Source: Promethearchaeota archaeon (lineage in GTDB: Archaea; Asgardarchaeota; Lokiarchaeia; Sigyniarchaeales; SOKP01). From it: DNA of 41,907 nucleotides. The first letter of the stretch is position 1; each line of letters opens with the position of its first letter. Below are positions 19,414 to 28,783 of this stretch, piece after piece. Below the pieces are notes generated by a model that saw only the letters and a program-made list of their open reading frames with translations, did no database searches and was not told where the DNA came from. The position numbers and the translations under genes are program-made. Where the stretch lies: NCBI GenBank assembly GCA_011364975.1, contig RDOE01000022.1, positions 1 through 41,907 of the forward strand. Reading direction: 5' to 3'.

Positions 19414-21004
19414 CTAAAATTTTTTTTACTTCCTCATTATTCAATTTTTTAGCAGGAAATCCTTCATATATAGCACTACCATCTAATTTATCATATTTAA
19501 GGGTAGTGCACCCTGGTAACAATGTAGAATCATCACCTATTTCTGTACCCGGAAGCCCTCCTGTTATGGCATTAAGAATGACTCTATCTCCAATATCAAC
19601 GCCTATAAATGTTAAATTTTCATCACCATAAACTCCGTCCACTAAATGATTTGTAATATGAGAAGATGTCCCTAAATAACTGTTTTTCCCGAAGTTGATA
19701 TGACTATGTAAAAAGGTTTCTTCAAGAATAGTACCCTTTCCTATTTTGTTTGATCTGATAAATCTTAATTCCCAATTAAGAAGCCATGGAAAGGGAGACC
19801 TTGAAAAAGCAAATATTGGATATTTCATCAGAAATGAGCTAAAATGGTAATAATCCAAAGCCTTTATTGATGTATCTAGATTTCTGTCATAAATTCCTTG
19901 GGAAGGCCCTCGTTTATCAGCCATAATATAGAAATATCTGGTAAATAGTGCAATAAAAAACAGATGGATAAGATAAATCCCAATAATAATTAAAGGAGTT
20001 AAAAGAGTCAATGTATAAACCATAGGATGTAATAATGAATTAAATGTAAGTGGTAATGTGAATAAATTTGTTCCTAAAATCATATATAGATAAAAATAAA
20101 ATAATAACCCAGGAATTATAAATGAAAATCCAATGATAATTATTCCGGAGATTATATAAAAATGAAATGGTACTGATAATTCTTTCATATGCGCTCTTAA
20201 AAATGACTCATTATCAATCATACCCTTACTTTGTTCAAATAAACTCCTTTCAATTGCATCTTTTTCTTTAAATGAAGCATTCTGAGTTATTTTCTTAACG
20301 GGTTTACCCCCAAATACTTCGTTCTTTTCTAAATATTGATTTACCTTGGTAATAGAGTTACATTCAACAACTACATTATCTTCGATTATAGTACCTGGTA
20401 AAATTAATGAATGGGCACCAATAATTACATCATTACCAATATTTACCTCTTTAATGATTAATTTATTTTGAACAATAATATTCGACATGATTAGTGTTCC
20501 CTGGCCAATTTTAGAATTTTTTCCAATTTTTACAAACTCGCAATCCACCCAAGAATCATGTAAGGATGCCGAAAATGAAGTTTTAATCCCAAAAATTTTA
20601 TAAATTAGCGTTTCAAAAAATGGAATTGAAAGTTGCCTTGCTAACCAAATAGGCCATTTCTTAATAACACTTCTTAAGCTCCAATAACGGCAATCTTTAT
20701 TATTCATGTTAAACTCAAAAATCCCTTGTTTCGGTTTATAAAATAAATTTGTTATTATCAAGAAGATTTTTGAGACAATAGTAGAAAAAAGGATCATTAA
20801 GACCACTCCTAATAAAAAAGCAAAAGGAAAAAAAACATAAAAAATAGTCCCAACAGTATAACACGTTTTCCAATAAAACCAAAACCAATAAATTGTTGGT
20901 TGTGCCCCAAACGTTATTAACAAAAAATAAATGATAATATAATACTTTTTCGCGAGAGCATTAGTTGTTCTTGGTCCTTCTCTTAAGGATGCAGGGATCG
21001 ACAT
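19391..21004 (-). CDS. Membrane protein with two TM-hairpin + left-handed beta-helix units
   Basis: Two repeats: KPKQGIF...IGNDVIIGAHSLILPG...GGKPV and GPSQGIY...IGDRVIL...PGTEIGDD...EGFPA. Confidence 0.8.
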   Translation of the reverse strand: MSIPASLREGPRTTNALAKKYYIIIYFLLITFGAQPTIYWFWFYWKTCYTVGTIFYVFFPFAFLLGVVLMILFSTIVSKIFLIITNLFYKPKQGIFEFNMNNKDCRYWSLRSVIKKWPIWLARQLSIPFFETLIYKIFGIKTSFSASLHDSWVDCEFVKIGKNSKIGQGTLIMSNIIVQNKLIIKEVNIGNDVIIGAHSLILPGTIIEDNVVVECNSITKVNQYLEKNEVFGGKPVKKITQNASFKEKDAIERSLFEQSKGMIDNESFLRAHMKELSVPFHFYIISGIIIIGFSFIIPGLLFYFYLYMILGTNLFTLPLTFNSLLHPMVYTLTLLTPLIIIGIYLIHLFFIALFTRYFYIMADKRGPSQGIYDRNLDTSIKALDYYHFSSFLMKYPIFAFSRSPFPWLLNWELRFIRSNKIGKGTILEETFLHSHINFGKNSYLGTSSHITNHLVDGVYGDENLTFIGVDIGDRVILNAITGGLPGTEIGDDSTLLPGCTTLKYDKLDGSAIYEGFPAKKLNNEEVKKILGGENFGE

Positions 21005-21157
21005 TCTATATAAAACCTATATTTATTAAAAAGATAATATGAGCCCATTAATTAAAATTTATATTATGATTTTACTAAACTTTTAGATAAATCAACAATT
21101 AAATCCAATATTAAAATTTCAATAGTTTTAAAGATATAGGTAGAGGGAATTATAAAT

Positions 21158-22687
21158 TTGAGTGAACAATTTTTTTGGTGGACGGATGAACAAAGAGAAA
21201 TTGATACAAAAGTAAGAGCCTTTGTAGATAAGCACTTTGAAGAAGCAGAAGAATATTTTTGGAGTACTAAGTTTCCTTGGCCGTTAGTAAAAAAGGTAGC
21301 TGATGAGGGTTATTTTGGTGCAGGTGTTCCTAAAGAGTATGGGGGTTTAGAGTTAGGGGCAACGGGTAGTTGCATCGTAGCAGAACAATTAGGGAGATTA
21401 TATGCGGTAGGCCATGTATTTACAGTGAGTATGTTAGCAGGTTTAGAACAAATTTTAAGATTTGGAACGGAAGAACAGAAACAAAAGTGGCTCCCTAAAA
21501 TTGCTAAGGGGGATGAGCTCGGAGCTTTATGTATAACAGAACCTTTTGCTGGTTCCGATGCAGCTAATGTATTTACTTCTGCTATGAAAGACGGTGATGA
21601 ATGGGTCATTAACGGAAAAAAACGCTATATAACAGGAGCAGGTGTATCAAATAGATATTTTATATATGCTAAAACTAGCGATGATCCATCTACTCGAAAA
21701 CAATATGGTCATATTACTTCATTTATTGTGGAAAAAGGAACTCCAGGATTTAGTTTAGAAAGAGTAAATCCACTTATCGGTTTTGATAATGTTCCAAACG
21801 GATATTTAGATTTTGATCATGTAAGGATACCTGATGAAAATCGAATAGGAGCTGTAGGGAAAGGATGGAACGTCATGATGGCAGGCTTAAACTTTGAGCG
21901 GTTAATTGGAGCTGCGGTTTTTGGAGGAGTATTTGAGGATATCACTTCTTTATTATATCACTACACTCGAAGGCGAGTACAGTTCAATCGACCTACAATA
22001 TCATTTCCAGGCATTCAAAATGAAATAGCAGATATTATCACAAAATCAAAATTAGCACGTTTATTTTCTTATTACACAGCTAAAATGTTGGATGATGGTA
22101 AGGAACCTATGATTGAAGCATCAATTTCCAAAATGATAAACACTGAATTTGCTCGCGAGGCAGGTATAAAAGCAATTCAAATTTTGGGAGGGGATGGCCT
22201 TACTAAGTTTTTACCTGTTGAACGAGTAGTGAGAGAATCAAAAATAGGAGAAATTGCAGCAGGTACTACAGAAATACAAAAAATGATAATATTCCGTTTT
22301 AGTTCTATGTTGCCATTGTATAATAGAACAATAAGGATACGGTGGAATAACGACGTAAATGCGCCAATTATCTCAAAACGAGAATCAGAATTTAAGGGAA
22401 TGGACTTAAATGAAGATAATGTTCTTAAAGTTATTGCACATGATTATAAAGTAAATCCCGGAATTTATATGACTCCAGATGAAGTAAGGGAAGATATTGG
22501 AGGTAGTAGATCTGAGATTAAAAACATTATTGAAAAATTAGAAGCAAAAAACTTAGTAGTTACGAATAAAGATAAAAATGGAAAATTAACGCTGGTTAAA
22601 GCCTCATACGATGGATTGCAGAAAGCTTTTCCAAAGGAATATTACCAATGGTTTCCGAATTGGTATGAAGAGGCTGATAAATTTTAA
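21158..22687 (+). CDS. Acyl-CoA dehydrogenase fused to a C-terminal wHTH-like domain
   Basis: LCITEPFAGSD, WVINGKKRYIT, RVQF, IQILGGDG and AAGTTEIQK, plus about 120 extra C-terminal residues. Confidence 0.92.
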   Translation: MSEQFFWWTDEQREIDTKVRAFVDKHFEEAEEYFWSTKFPWPLVKKVADEGYFGAGVPKEYGGLELGATGSCIVAEQLGRLYAVGHVFTVSMLAGLEQILRFGTEEQKQKWLPKIAKGDELGALCITEPFAGSDAANVFTSAMKDGDEWVINGKKRYITGAGVSNRYFIYAKTSDDPSTRKQYGHITSFIVEKGTPGFSLERVNPLIGFDNVPNGYLDFDHVRIPDENRIGAVGKGWNVMMAGLNFERLIGAAVFGGVFEDITSLLYHYTRRRVQFNRPTISFPGIQNEIADIITKSKLARLFSYYTAKMLDDGKEPMIEASISKMINTEFAREAGIKAIQILGGDGLTKFLPVERVVRESKIGEIAAGTTEIQKMIIFRFSSMLPLYNRTIRIRWNNDVNAPIISKRESEFKGMDLNEDNVLKVIAHDYKVNPGIYMTPDEVREDIGGSRSEIKNIIEKLEAKNLVVTNKDKNGKLTLVKASYDGLQKAFPKEYYQWFPNWYEEADKF

Positions 22688-22710
22688 TTACTTAATTTTC
22701 TTTTTATTTG

Positions 22711-23064
22711 TTATTCATCTTGTATTTCAAAGTTTTTAATTAATTCGATCTTTCCAAGAGTATCAATAGAGATCGCCTGTAATTTTAATTCATCATCTGT
22801 GCTTAATTCATCATCAACCATAACAAAATAAAACAATTCTTTTTTATTATTAAACCCCATTTCCATTTGTCCGCAATCCTCTGGTAATATCTCAATAATG
22901 CTTTCTGGAGCTTTTTCTCTTAATGTCTCAAAAATTGCATTTTCTATGGAACTTTGTTTTTGACGGACTTCTTTAATTTTTGAAAAGTCAAATTTTCCCA
23001 TAGATTCATTAGCTTGATCATTTAATTCATTCCAATTTTGAAATAATTCTTTTAATGATACCAT
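22711..23064 (-). CDS. Hypothetical protein
   Basis: 117-aa ORF fitting between genes; no family recognised. Confidence 0.6.
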   Translation of the reverse strand: MVSLKELFQNWNELNDQANESMGKFDFSKIKEVRQKQSSIENAIFETLREKAPESIIEILPEDCGQMEMGFNNKKELFYFVMVDDELSTDDELKLQAISIDTLGKIELIKNFEIQDE

Positions 23065-23169
23065 AATATAACAAGCCCATTAAAAGAACTTAAAGGTTTT
23101 TATTTCTTAGAAAATAGTTTTTAATGTAAATTCTTTTTAGAAAATCGAAACTAATAAGAGGTTTAATAA

Positions 23170-23766
23170 ATGGACATTATTCTGCCCAAACCAAACTTAA
23201 AGGGAAATATAAGCTTAGAAGAATGTATATATAGACGGGAAAGTATCAGAAAATACGCTGATCAGGAAATTGATCTTGAAAAGATATCTCAAATTTTATG
23301 GGTGTCACAGGGTAAAAAAGATCATAAACGAACGGTTCCGTCCGCGGGAGCGACTTATCCGTTAGAAATTTGGGTGATTTTGAAAAATAAAGGTCTATAT
23401 CACTATGATTTAGAGACTCATAGTTTAGAATTTATAAAGAGAGATAATATATTAAATGACTTAGTCAAAGCTTCTTGGGATCAAAATTTCATAAAAGAAG
23501 CTTATCTAAATATCGTCATTAGCGCGGATTATTCAAGAACAACTCATCGGTATGGCGAAAGAGGTTATAGATATGTTTACATTGAAGTAGGACACTGTGC
23601 TCAAAATATTCATTTACAAGCAATAGCATTAGGGCTTGTTTCAGTTCCAATAGGAGCCTTCAATGACCATCAGGTTAAAGAAATCTTATATTTACCTAAA
23701 AATCAAGCTCCACTATATATAATACCAATAGGATATCCAAGTTCATCTCATCCTAATAAAGATTAA
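23170..23766 (+). CDS. SagB/ThcOx-family FMN nitroreductase
   Basis: RRESIRKY, RTVPSAGATYPLE, RYGERGYRY and EVGHCAQN. Confidence 0.92.
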   Translation: MDIILPKPNLKGNISLEECIYRRESIRKYADQEIDLEKISQILWVSQGKKDHKRTVPSAGATYPLEIWVILKNKGLYHYDLETHSLEFIKRDNILNDLVKASWDQNFIKEAYLNIVISADYSRTTHRYGERGYRYVYIEVGHCAQNIHLQAIALGLVSVPIGAFNDHQVKEILYLPKNQAPLYIIPIGYPSSSHPNKD

Positions 23767-23767
23767 A

Positions 23768-24043
23768 TTAAGTACTTGCCATAAATACGAAAAAAAAGAT
23801 GAAAGCAAAGAAAAACACGATCATAATTATTGCCATAATCCAGAAATACTTGAATTGAGAATTAGTTGAGATCAATGGGCCATTACTTTTTTTTCCTTCG
23901 AGAGTTTTAATTTTTTCTTCAAGTTCTTGTATTTTTAAATCTTTACTCGTTTCATTTTCTATAAGATTAAAGGAATAACCGCAATAAGGACAGATATTTC
24001 CTTTAATGTCTTTCTCAGCACCGCAGTTTGGACAATAATTCAT
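23768..24043 (-). CDS. Zinc-ribbon / coiled-coil / tail-anchored membrane protein
   Basis: CPNCG...CPYCG, a short coiled coil and a C-terminal TM. Confidence 0.75.
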   Translation of the reverse strand: MNYCPNCGAEKDIKGNICPYCGYSFNLIENETSKDLKIQELEEKIKTLEGKKSNGPLISTNSQFKYFWIMAIIMIVFFFAFIFFFVFMAST

Positions 24044-24165
24044 AATATCCCTTGATTAATTGATACTTTTAGTATAGATTTGAAAAATAAAAGTGTTTGT
24101 ATGATACTTTAAATATTGTTCATACTTAGATAGAATCGACACGATTAGTATTAAAGGTGTTTTGA

Positions 24166-25101
24166 TTGAATTTAAATAAATGGGAAAATAAGAAATTAGC
24201 CCACACATATTCAATAGTAGCAAGAGATTCAAAAACTGGAGAGATGGGGGTCGCTGTACAAAGCCACTGGTTTTCTGTTGGAACTGTGGTCTCTTGGGGG
24301 GAAGCAGGAGTAGGAGTAGTAGCCACACAATCTTTGGTTAATATTTCATATGGTCCACGAGGTCTTCAATTATTAAAGGAAGGAAGGACACCAAAAGAAG
24401 CAATTGACTTTTTACTTGCGGATGATGAAGGAAGAGAATTTCGACAAGTTGCTATATTGGATGCAGTAGGAAATATCGCAGTATATACTGGGAAAAAATG
24501 TATCCAAGAAGCAGGACATGCAAAAGGAATAGATTATTCAGTTCAGGCAAATATGATGCTAACAAATAAAGTCTGGTCAGCTATGGCTAAAGCATTTGAA
24601 AAGAACGATAATCTTCCTTTACCCGAGAGAATTATAGAAGTGTTGAGAGCCGCTGAAAAAGAAGGAGGGGATATTAGAGGCAAACAATCCGCAGCTCTAT
24701 TGATAGTCGATGGGAAGAAAACTGATAAAAAGTGGGAAGACCCTCTAATTGATCTGAGAGTTGATGACCATCAACAGCCATTAAAGGAGCTTTCACGGTT
24801 ATTACAGATATATAGAGCGTATGAGCACATGAATAAAGGGGATCTGGCTATAGAACATAATAACATGGATTTAGCTTTAAAAGAATATTCATCTGCACAA
24901 ACTTTATTTCCTAATAATATTGAAATGAAATTTTGGACTGCAGTTTCTTTAGCCAATAATGATCAATTAGAACATTCAATTCCAATTTTCGCGAATATTT
25001 TTAATCAGGAACCAAATTGGAGACTACTATTAGAAAGATTGGTTAAACCTAAAATATTAAAAATTAGTTTTAAGGATCTCCAAAAAATCCTCTCTATTTG
25101 A
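24166..25101 (+). CDS. DUF1028 Ntn-hydrolase with C-terminal TPR
   Basis: HTYSIVARD, GVGVVATQ, GGDIRGKQSAAL and DLRVDDH, followed by TPR-like helices. Confidence 0.9.
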   Translation: MNLNKWENKKLAHTYSIVARDSKTGEMGVAVQSHWFSVGTVVSWGEAGVGVVATQSLVNISYGPRGLQLLKEGRTPKEAIDFLLADDEGREFRQVAILDAVGNIAVYTGKKCIQEAGHAKGIDYSVQANMMLTNKVWSAMAKAFEKNDNLPLPERIIEVLRAAEKEGGDIRGKQSAALLIVDGKKTDKKWEDPLIDLRVDDHQQPLKELSRLLQIYRAYEHMNKGDLAIEHNNMDLALKEYSSAQTLFPNNIEMKFWTAVSLANNDQLEHSIPIFANIFNQEPNWRLLLERLVKPKILKISFKDLQKILSI

Positions 25102-25113
25102 TGAGAGTGCGGA

Positions 25114-25632
25114 TTAATAGAATCCTTGGTTAACAAAATCAGGCTTTTCAATCAAAAAAACCATAATTTTACGATTAGTAGTTTCATTCACTAAATCGCC
25201 CATATACATCATTCCAATCCGCTCTGCTACTTTCCAAGCATTTTGGTTTTCAGAATGAATATAACTATTGATATTGGAGAGCTTTAATTTCATAAAGGCA
25301 AATTCTAATACTTTTTTCATTGCTTCTATAGCATATCCATTCCCTCTATATTGAGGAGATAAATAATAATAACAATTTGCCCCAGTAGTATTAAAAAAAA
25401 ATAACCCACAAAATCCGATTATTATTTCCCCATTTTTCTCAATAATTTCAAAATTGAGAAGATTTTGAATATTTGCAAAACTATTTTGGGTGAATTTCAA
25501 CGTTGAATTTATTATTGTAGCGAATACTTCATGGATATTTATTACTTCTTTAAGTTCTTTTAAATTTATATTTTGTACGGGTTGTAGAGTTAATCTTCTT
25601 GTTTGTAAAATTTCATTCAATTTATTTTCCAC
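25114..25632 (-). CDS. GNAT acetyltransferase, RimJ/RimL family
   Basis: LQTRRLTL, QYRGNGYAIEA and ENQNAWKVAERIGM. Confidence 0.85.
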   Translation of the reverse strand: MENKLNEILQTRRLTLQPVQNINLKELKEVINIHEVFATIINSTLKFTQNSFANIQNLLNFEIIEKNGEIIIGFCGLFFFNTTGANCYYYLSPQYRGNGYAIEAMKKVLEFAFMKLKLSNINSYIHSENQNAWKVAERIGMMYMGDLVNETTNRKIMVFLIEKPDFVNQGFY

Positions 25633-25750
25633 TTTATAACAGTTGTCAACTTATAAAAGTAGTTTAATTATTTTAAGTAATAATAATAAACTTAAATTTA
25701 CATTGATTAGTTATTAAGTAATAAAAGTAAATGAGAATTATGGATTACTA

Positions 25751-26413
25751 ATGGAAAAATCAAAAATCTACCATTTAGACTATTTAAATAAAATTCTCGG
25801 TGTTTTGAAATGTGCAAAGTGTAATTCTCATGAAAATATCGTACCTTACCCAATCAAACAATTAAGTAGTTATTTAATAGAAGGAAAAAATAAATCTCAA
25901 ATTAAAAAAAAAATCTCACACTCATTATTTGTGCCTATATGCTTGAGATGTACAATTGAATTCGATCGTTGGAAACGAATTAAAAGGAATAATACCCGAA
26001 AAAAATATTTAAATCTACTTTATATTCTGATTTTTAGCGTAATTTGTTATCTTTTAGTGGATAATTTAATTATCTTGATATCCTCCATTATCATTTTTAG
26101 TATATGGCTATTGAGAAATGTCATTAATGAATCTATATACCTTAAGAAGATGGATTATAACCCTCGTAAATATATGATTTTTAAAAATTTTGATAAGTTA
26201 TTCATAAAGTCTGAAAAATCACCAAATTGGGTTGAATTCATTCAATGGATTAAAGATGTATTATATGAAAGAATTTATGTTATGGAATGTTCAGATATTA
26301 GGTTTATATCCCATAATAAGGACGAATTTATTAATTGTGTTCATTGCGGAGCAAAGGTTAAAAAATCGGATATTAAATGTTTAAAATGTGATAATTACTT
26401 GCCTTTAGTATGA
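25751..26413 (+). CDS. Membrane protein with multiple CxxC zinc-binding motifs
   Basis: CAKC...CLRC, a TM hairpin, and C-terminal CVHCG...CLKC. Confidence 0.7.
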   Translation: MEKSKIYHLDYLNKILGVLKCAKCNSHENIVPYPIKQLSSYLIEGKNKSQIKKKISHSLFVPICLRCTIEFDRWKRIKRNNTRKKYLNLLYILIFSVICYLLVDNLIILISSIIIFSIWLLRNVINESIYLKKMDYNPRKYMIFKNFDKLFIKSEKSPNWVEFIQWIKDVLYERIYVMECSDIRFISHNKDEFINCVHCGAKVKKSDIKCLKCDNYLPLV

Positions 26414-26528
26414 AATTAACTATTAATAGTTAATTTATCTTTGTTTTTATAAGATAAGGAATAAGATCAACCATTTAAAACCATAAAACTGGGATTTTTT
26501 TATAGGTTTATGAATTTATTAATATGAT

Positions 26529-27011
26529 ATGGTTAATGAAATTAAGAATTCAGAATCATCAGCTCTTCTTGATGAGGTAAGAAATCTCATTCAAAAGTAC
26601 AAGCAAAAAACTACATGCGGAATTGTTTTTAAGATTAATGATAAAGAATATCCTCTTGAATTAATTAAAGTACTGAATCTAATACGGGATAAAATACAAC
26701 GATGGGGTAGCAGTACCATCTTTACTTACATTGGAAATTTATTCGAGAAAAATAAAATAGTAATAATTGGAGCTGAAAGTCAAATCCATGCGGTAGATCT
26801 TGTTATGTCAGTCTATTTGACAGAAATACTAAAATTAAATCAAATAAATGATAAATTATTTGACTCCCATAATTTTGAAGATTCAATAAAAGACAATATC
26901 AATAGTAATATAGTAATAGGATATCCTTATAATGAGGAAATTGAGAATAAAATAAAACATCATATTTTAAAGATTCTTGCCGAATCATCAGATGAAAATT
27001 CTGTAGTTTAA
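26529..27011 (+). CDS. Hypothetical protein
   Basis: 160-aa ORF; no family recognised. Confidence 0.6.
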   Translation: MVNEIKNSESSALLDEVRNLIQKYKQKTTCGIVFKINDKEYPLELIKVLNLIRDKIQRWGSSTIFTYIGNLFEKNKIVIIGAESQIHAVDLVMSVYLTEILKLNQINDKLFDSHNFEDSIKDNINSNIVIGYPYNEEIENKIKHHILKILAESSDENSVV

Positions 27012-27020
27012 TTATTTTGT

Positions 27021-27112
27021 AAAAAAGGAGAAAAGAGGAGGTTTACTCCCCTTTATACTCCCAACCCAAATCCACTATTAAAGTCTCATTCTAAGACTAA
27101 ATGTGAAACTTA
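27021..27112 (-). ncRNA. Candidate small RNA A
   Basis: Non-coding and locally GC-richer, with two hairpins and a pyrimidine/U-tract end. Its ends resemble those of 30849-30945. Confidence 0.3.
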
Positions 27113-27194
27113 AGTATCAGATATTTAACTTAGGATATATATCTATAGAGGTTAAAAGTTTTTCAATTTTTACTTAAGAAGTATAGATCAAATT

Positions 27195-27608
27195 TTACCA
27201 ATTGGTTTCAAATCCTTCTAAGATAAGCTCTTTTACTCTCTTGTTAATCTCGGAATTAAAGCCATTAAAAAGACCAACATCATTCTCCCAATTTTTTGGT
27301 AAATTTTTTTGATACGTATCATAAAATCTATGAGCTAATGTTTTAAAATTATTGTTTGCCAAATGAAATTTAATATCAGTACGAGATATTGCAATAAAGA
27401 AAAAAGGGTCTTTCTTGAAGAAATGGAGTCGATATTTGTTCATTGAGACATTTTTCAAGTCAGTTTTAAAACAAATGTTATGAATGGAATTCAAAGCAGA
27501 AAAGAAGGCACCAATCATTTGGTCATCACAATCCAATACGCATGGATTACTATATATCACTTTTCCGCCTTCTGCAAGGACAAAAAAATCTAATAAGTAT
27601 TCAGGCAA
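27195..27608 (-). CDS. Stand-alone longin-domain protein (eukaryotic signature protein)
   Basis: FFVLAEGGKVIYS...DQMIGAFFSAL...YRLHF...FFFIAIS...RFYDTY...W..DVGLF.GF follows a longin/sedlin-like beta-beta-alpha-beta-beta-beta-alpha-alpha pattern. Confidence 0.75.
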   Translation of the reverse strand: MPEYLLDFFVLAEGGKVIYSNPCVLDCDDQMIGAFFSALNSIHNICFKTDLKNVSMNKYRLHFFKKDPFFFIAISRTDIKFHLANNNFKTLAHRFYDTYQKNLPKNWENDVGLFNGFNSEINKRVKELILEGFETNW

Positions 27609-27851
27609 TGATTATCTCCTTGAATTATCAATTAAATAGTATTACAACACAATATTATTCCATTTCTTATTTAAAAAGGAGTATTATTATTATATTCTGT
27701 AGATATCCCTCAGAGATGATATGAATTCTTTAACTAAAAGTGTTCTCATTGATCAAAATTTCAAATAAGTTTTATCCATAAACTGAAACCATGTTAGTTT
27801 AAATTGTTATAATAAGAAAAATAAGTAAATATATATACATCAGTTAGGTTT

Positions 27852-28670
27852 GTGATGCAAATTAATGAATCCGAATCGTTTGAGCACCTTCGAATTAAAG
27901 AATTCCTTTTTGAAAACTTACCGCTAGAGAATAATTTAATTGAAATTAAACAAGAGTACAATATAGGAGGGCGTAAAGCAGATTTATTTCTGCTATTACC
28001 TAAAACTAAAAAAATTGTTATAGAAATTCAGCATTCAATAATTCTTCAAAAAGAGTTATTACAACGTACTCAGGATTATAATAATCATAATTGTTATGTA
28101 TTATGGTTATTCAACGGCAATTCATTTGGTCGTTATGCTCACATTGATAGTGCTGTGCAAGTTTATAATTTTGAATTAATATCGCAGTCACTTTATAAAG
28201 GAAGAGTCTATTTTCTTAATGTTTCTAAATTTGGACTGATGAATGCAATATACACTTTATATTTTGCACCATATTATGAAATAAAACAATTCAGTAATGG
28301 TAAAACTCATCTTGTACAATCTAAAACCAAAAAAAGCATTATTCCTTACACGATAACTTCATTAAAATTTAAATTGTTTAAAAATAAAGGCTATAAACTT
28401 GTAAAATTTGACGATATTGATATAAGAAGCAGATGTATCTTAGATATTAAAACATTTTTATCTAAATATCCTTATTTAGAAAAGAAGCTAAACCAAGAAA
28501 ATGAGTTAAATGCCCATCAAAAGAAACTTTTTATTATCATAGCCAAATTTGCTCCAATTTACGGAATCCATTTAACATATAATATTTTAAAAAATCTAGG
28601 CGTTGTTGAGCGAAACGATTTCAATTTCATGAATTTAACCTACGATTATTTATTTAAGAAGATTCAATAA
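27852..28670 (+). CDS. CoiA-like PD-(D/E)xK nuclease
   Basis: ESFEHLRIK, RKADL, VIEIQHS and RTQDY...VLW. Confidence 0.8.
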   Translation: MMQINESESFEHLRIKEFLFENLPLENNLIEIKQEYNIGGRKADLFLLLPKTKKIVIEIQHSIILQKELLQRTQDYNNHNCYVLWLFNGNSFGRYAHIDSAVQVYNFELISQSLYKGRVYFLNVSKFGLMNAIYTLYFAPYYEIKQFSNGKTHLVQSKTKKSIIPYTITSLKFKLFKNKGYKLVKFDDIDIRSRCILDIKTFLSKYPYLEKKLNQENELNAHQKKLFIIIAKFAPIYGIHLTYNILKNLGVVERNDFNFMNLTYDYLFKKIQ

Positions 28671-28783
28671 TGTTTAATTAAGGAAAAAGTATCCATGAAT
28701 ATTTCTGATTAGTGCTTTCTATCGATAATCATTGTATAATTTTGAAGAAAAAAAAGAAAAAAAAGAGATTTACAACTTAAGTT

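Noticed and set aside
23170-23766. SagB-like oxidase as part of an azole RiPP cluster or of the ThiF cassette
   Set aside because: No YcaO or precursor peptide is nearby. It lies about 8 kb from the GNAT/ThiF genes among unrelated genes, and stand-alone SagB-like proteins are common in archaea.
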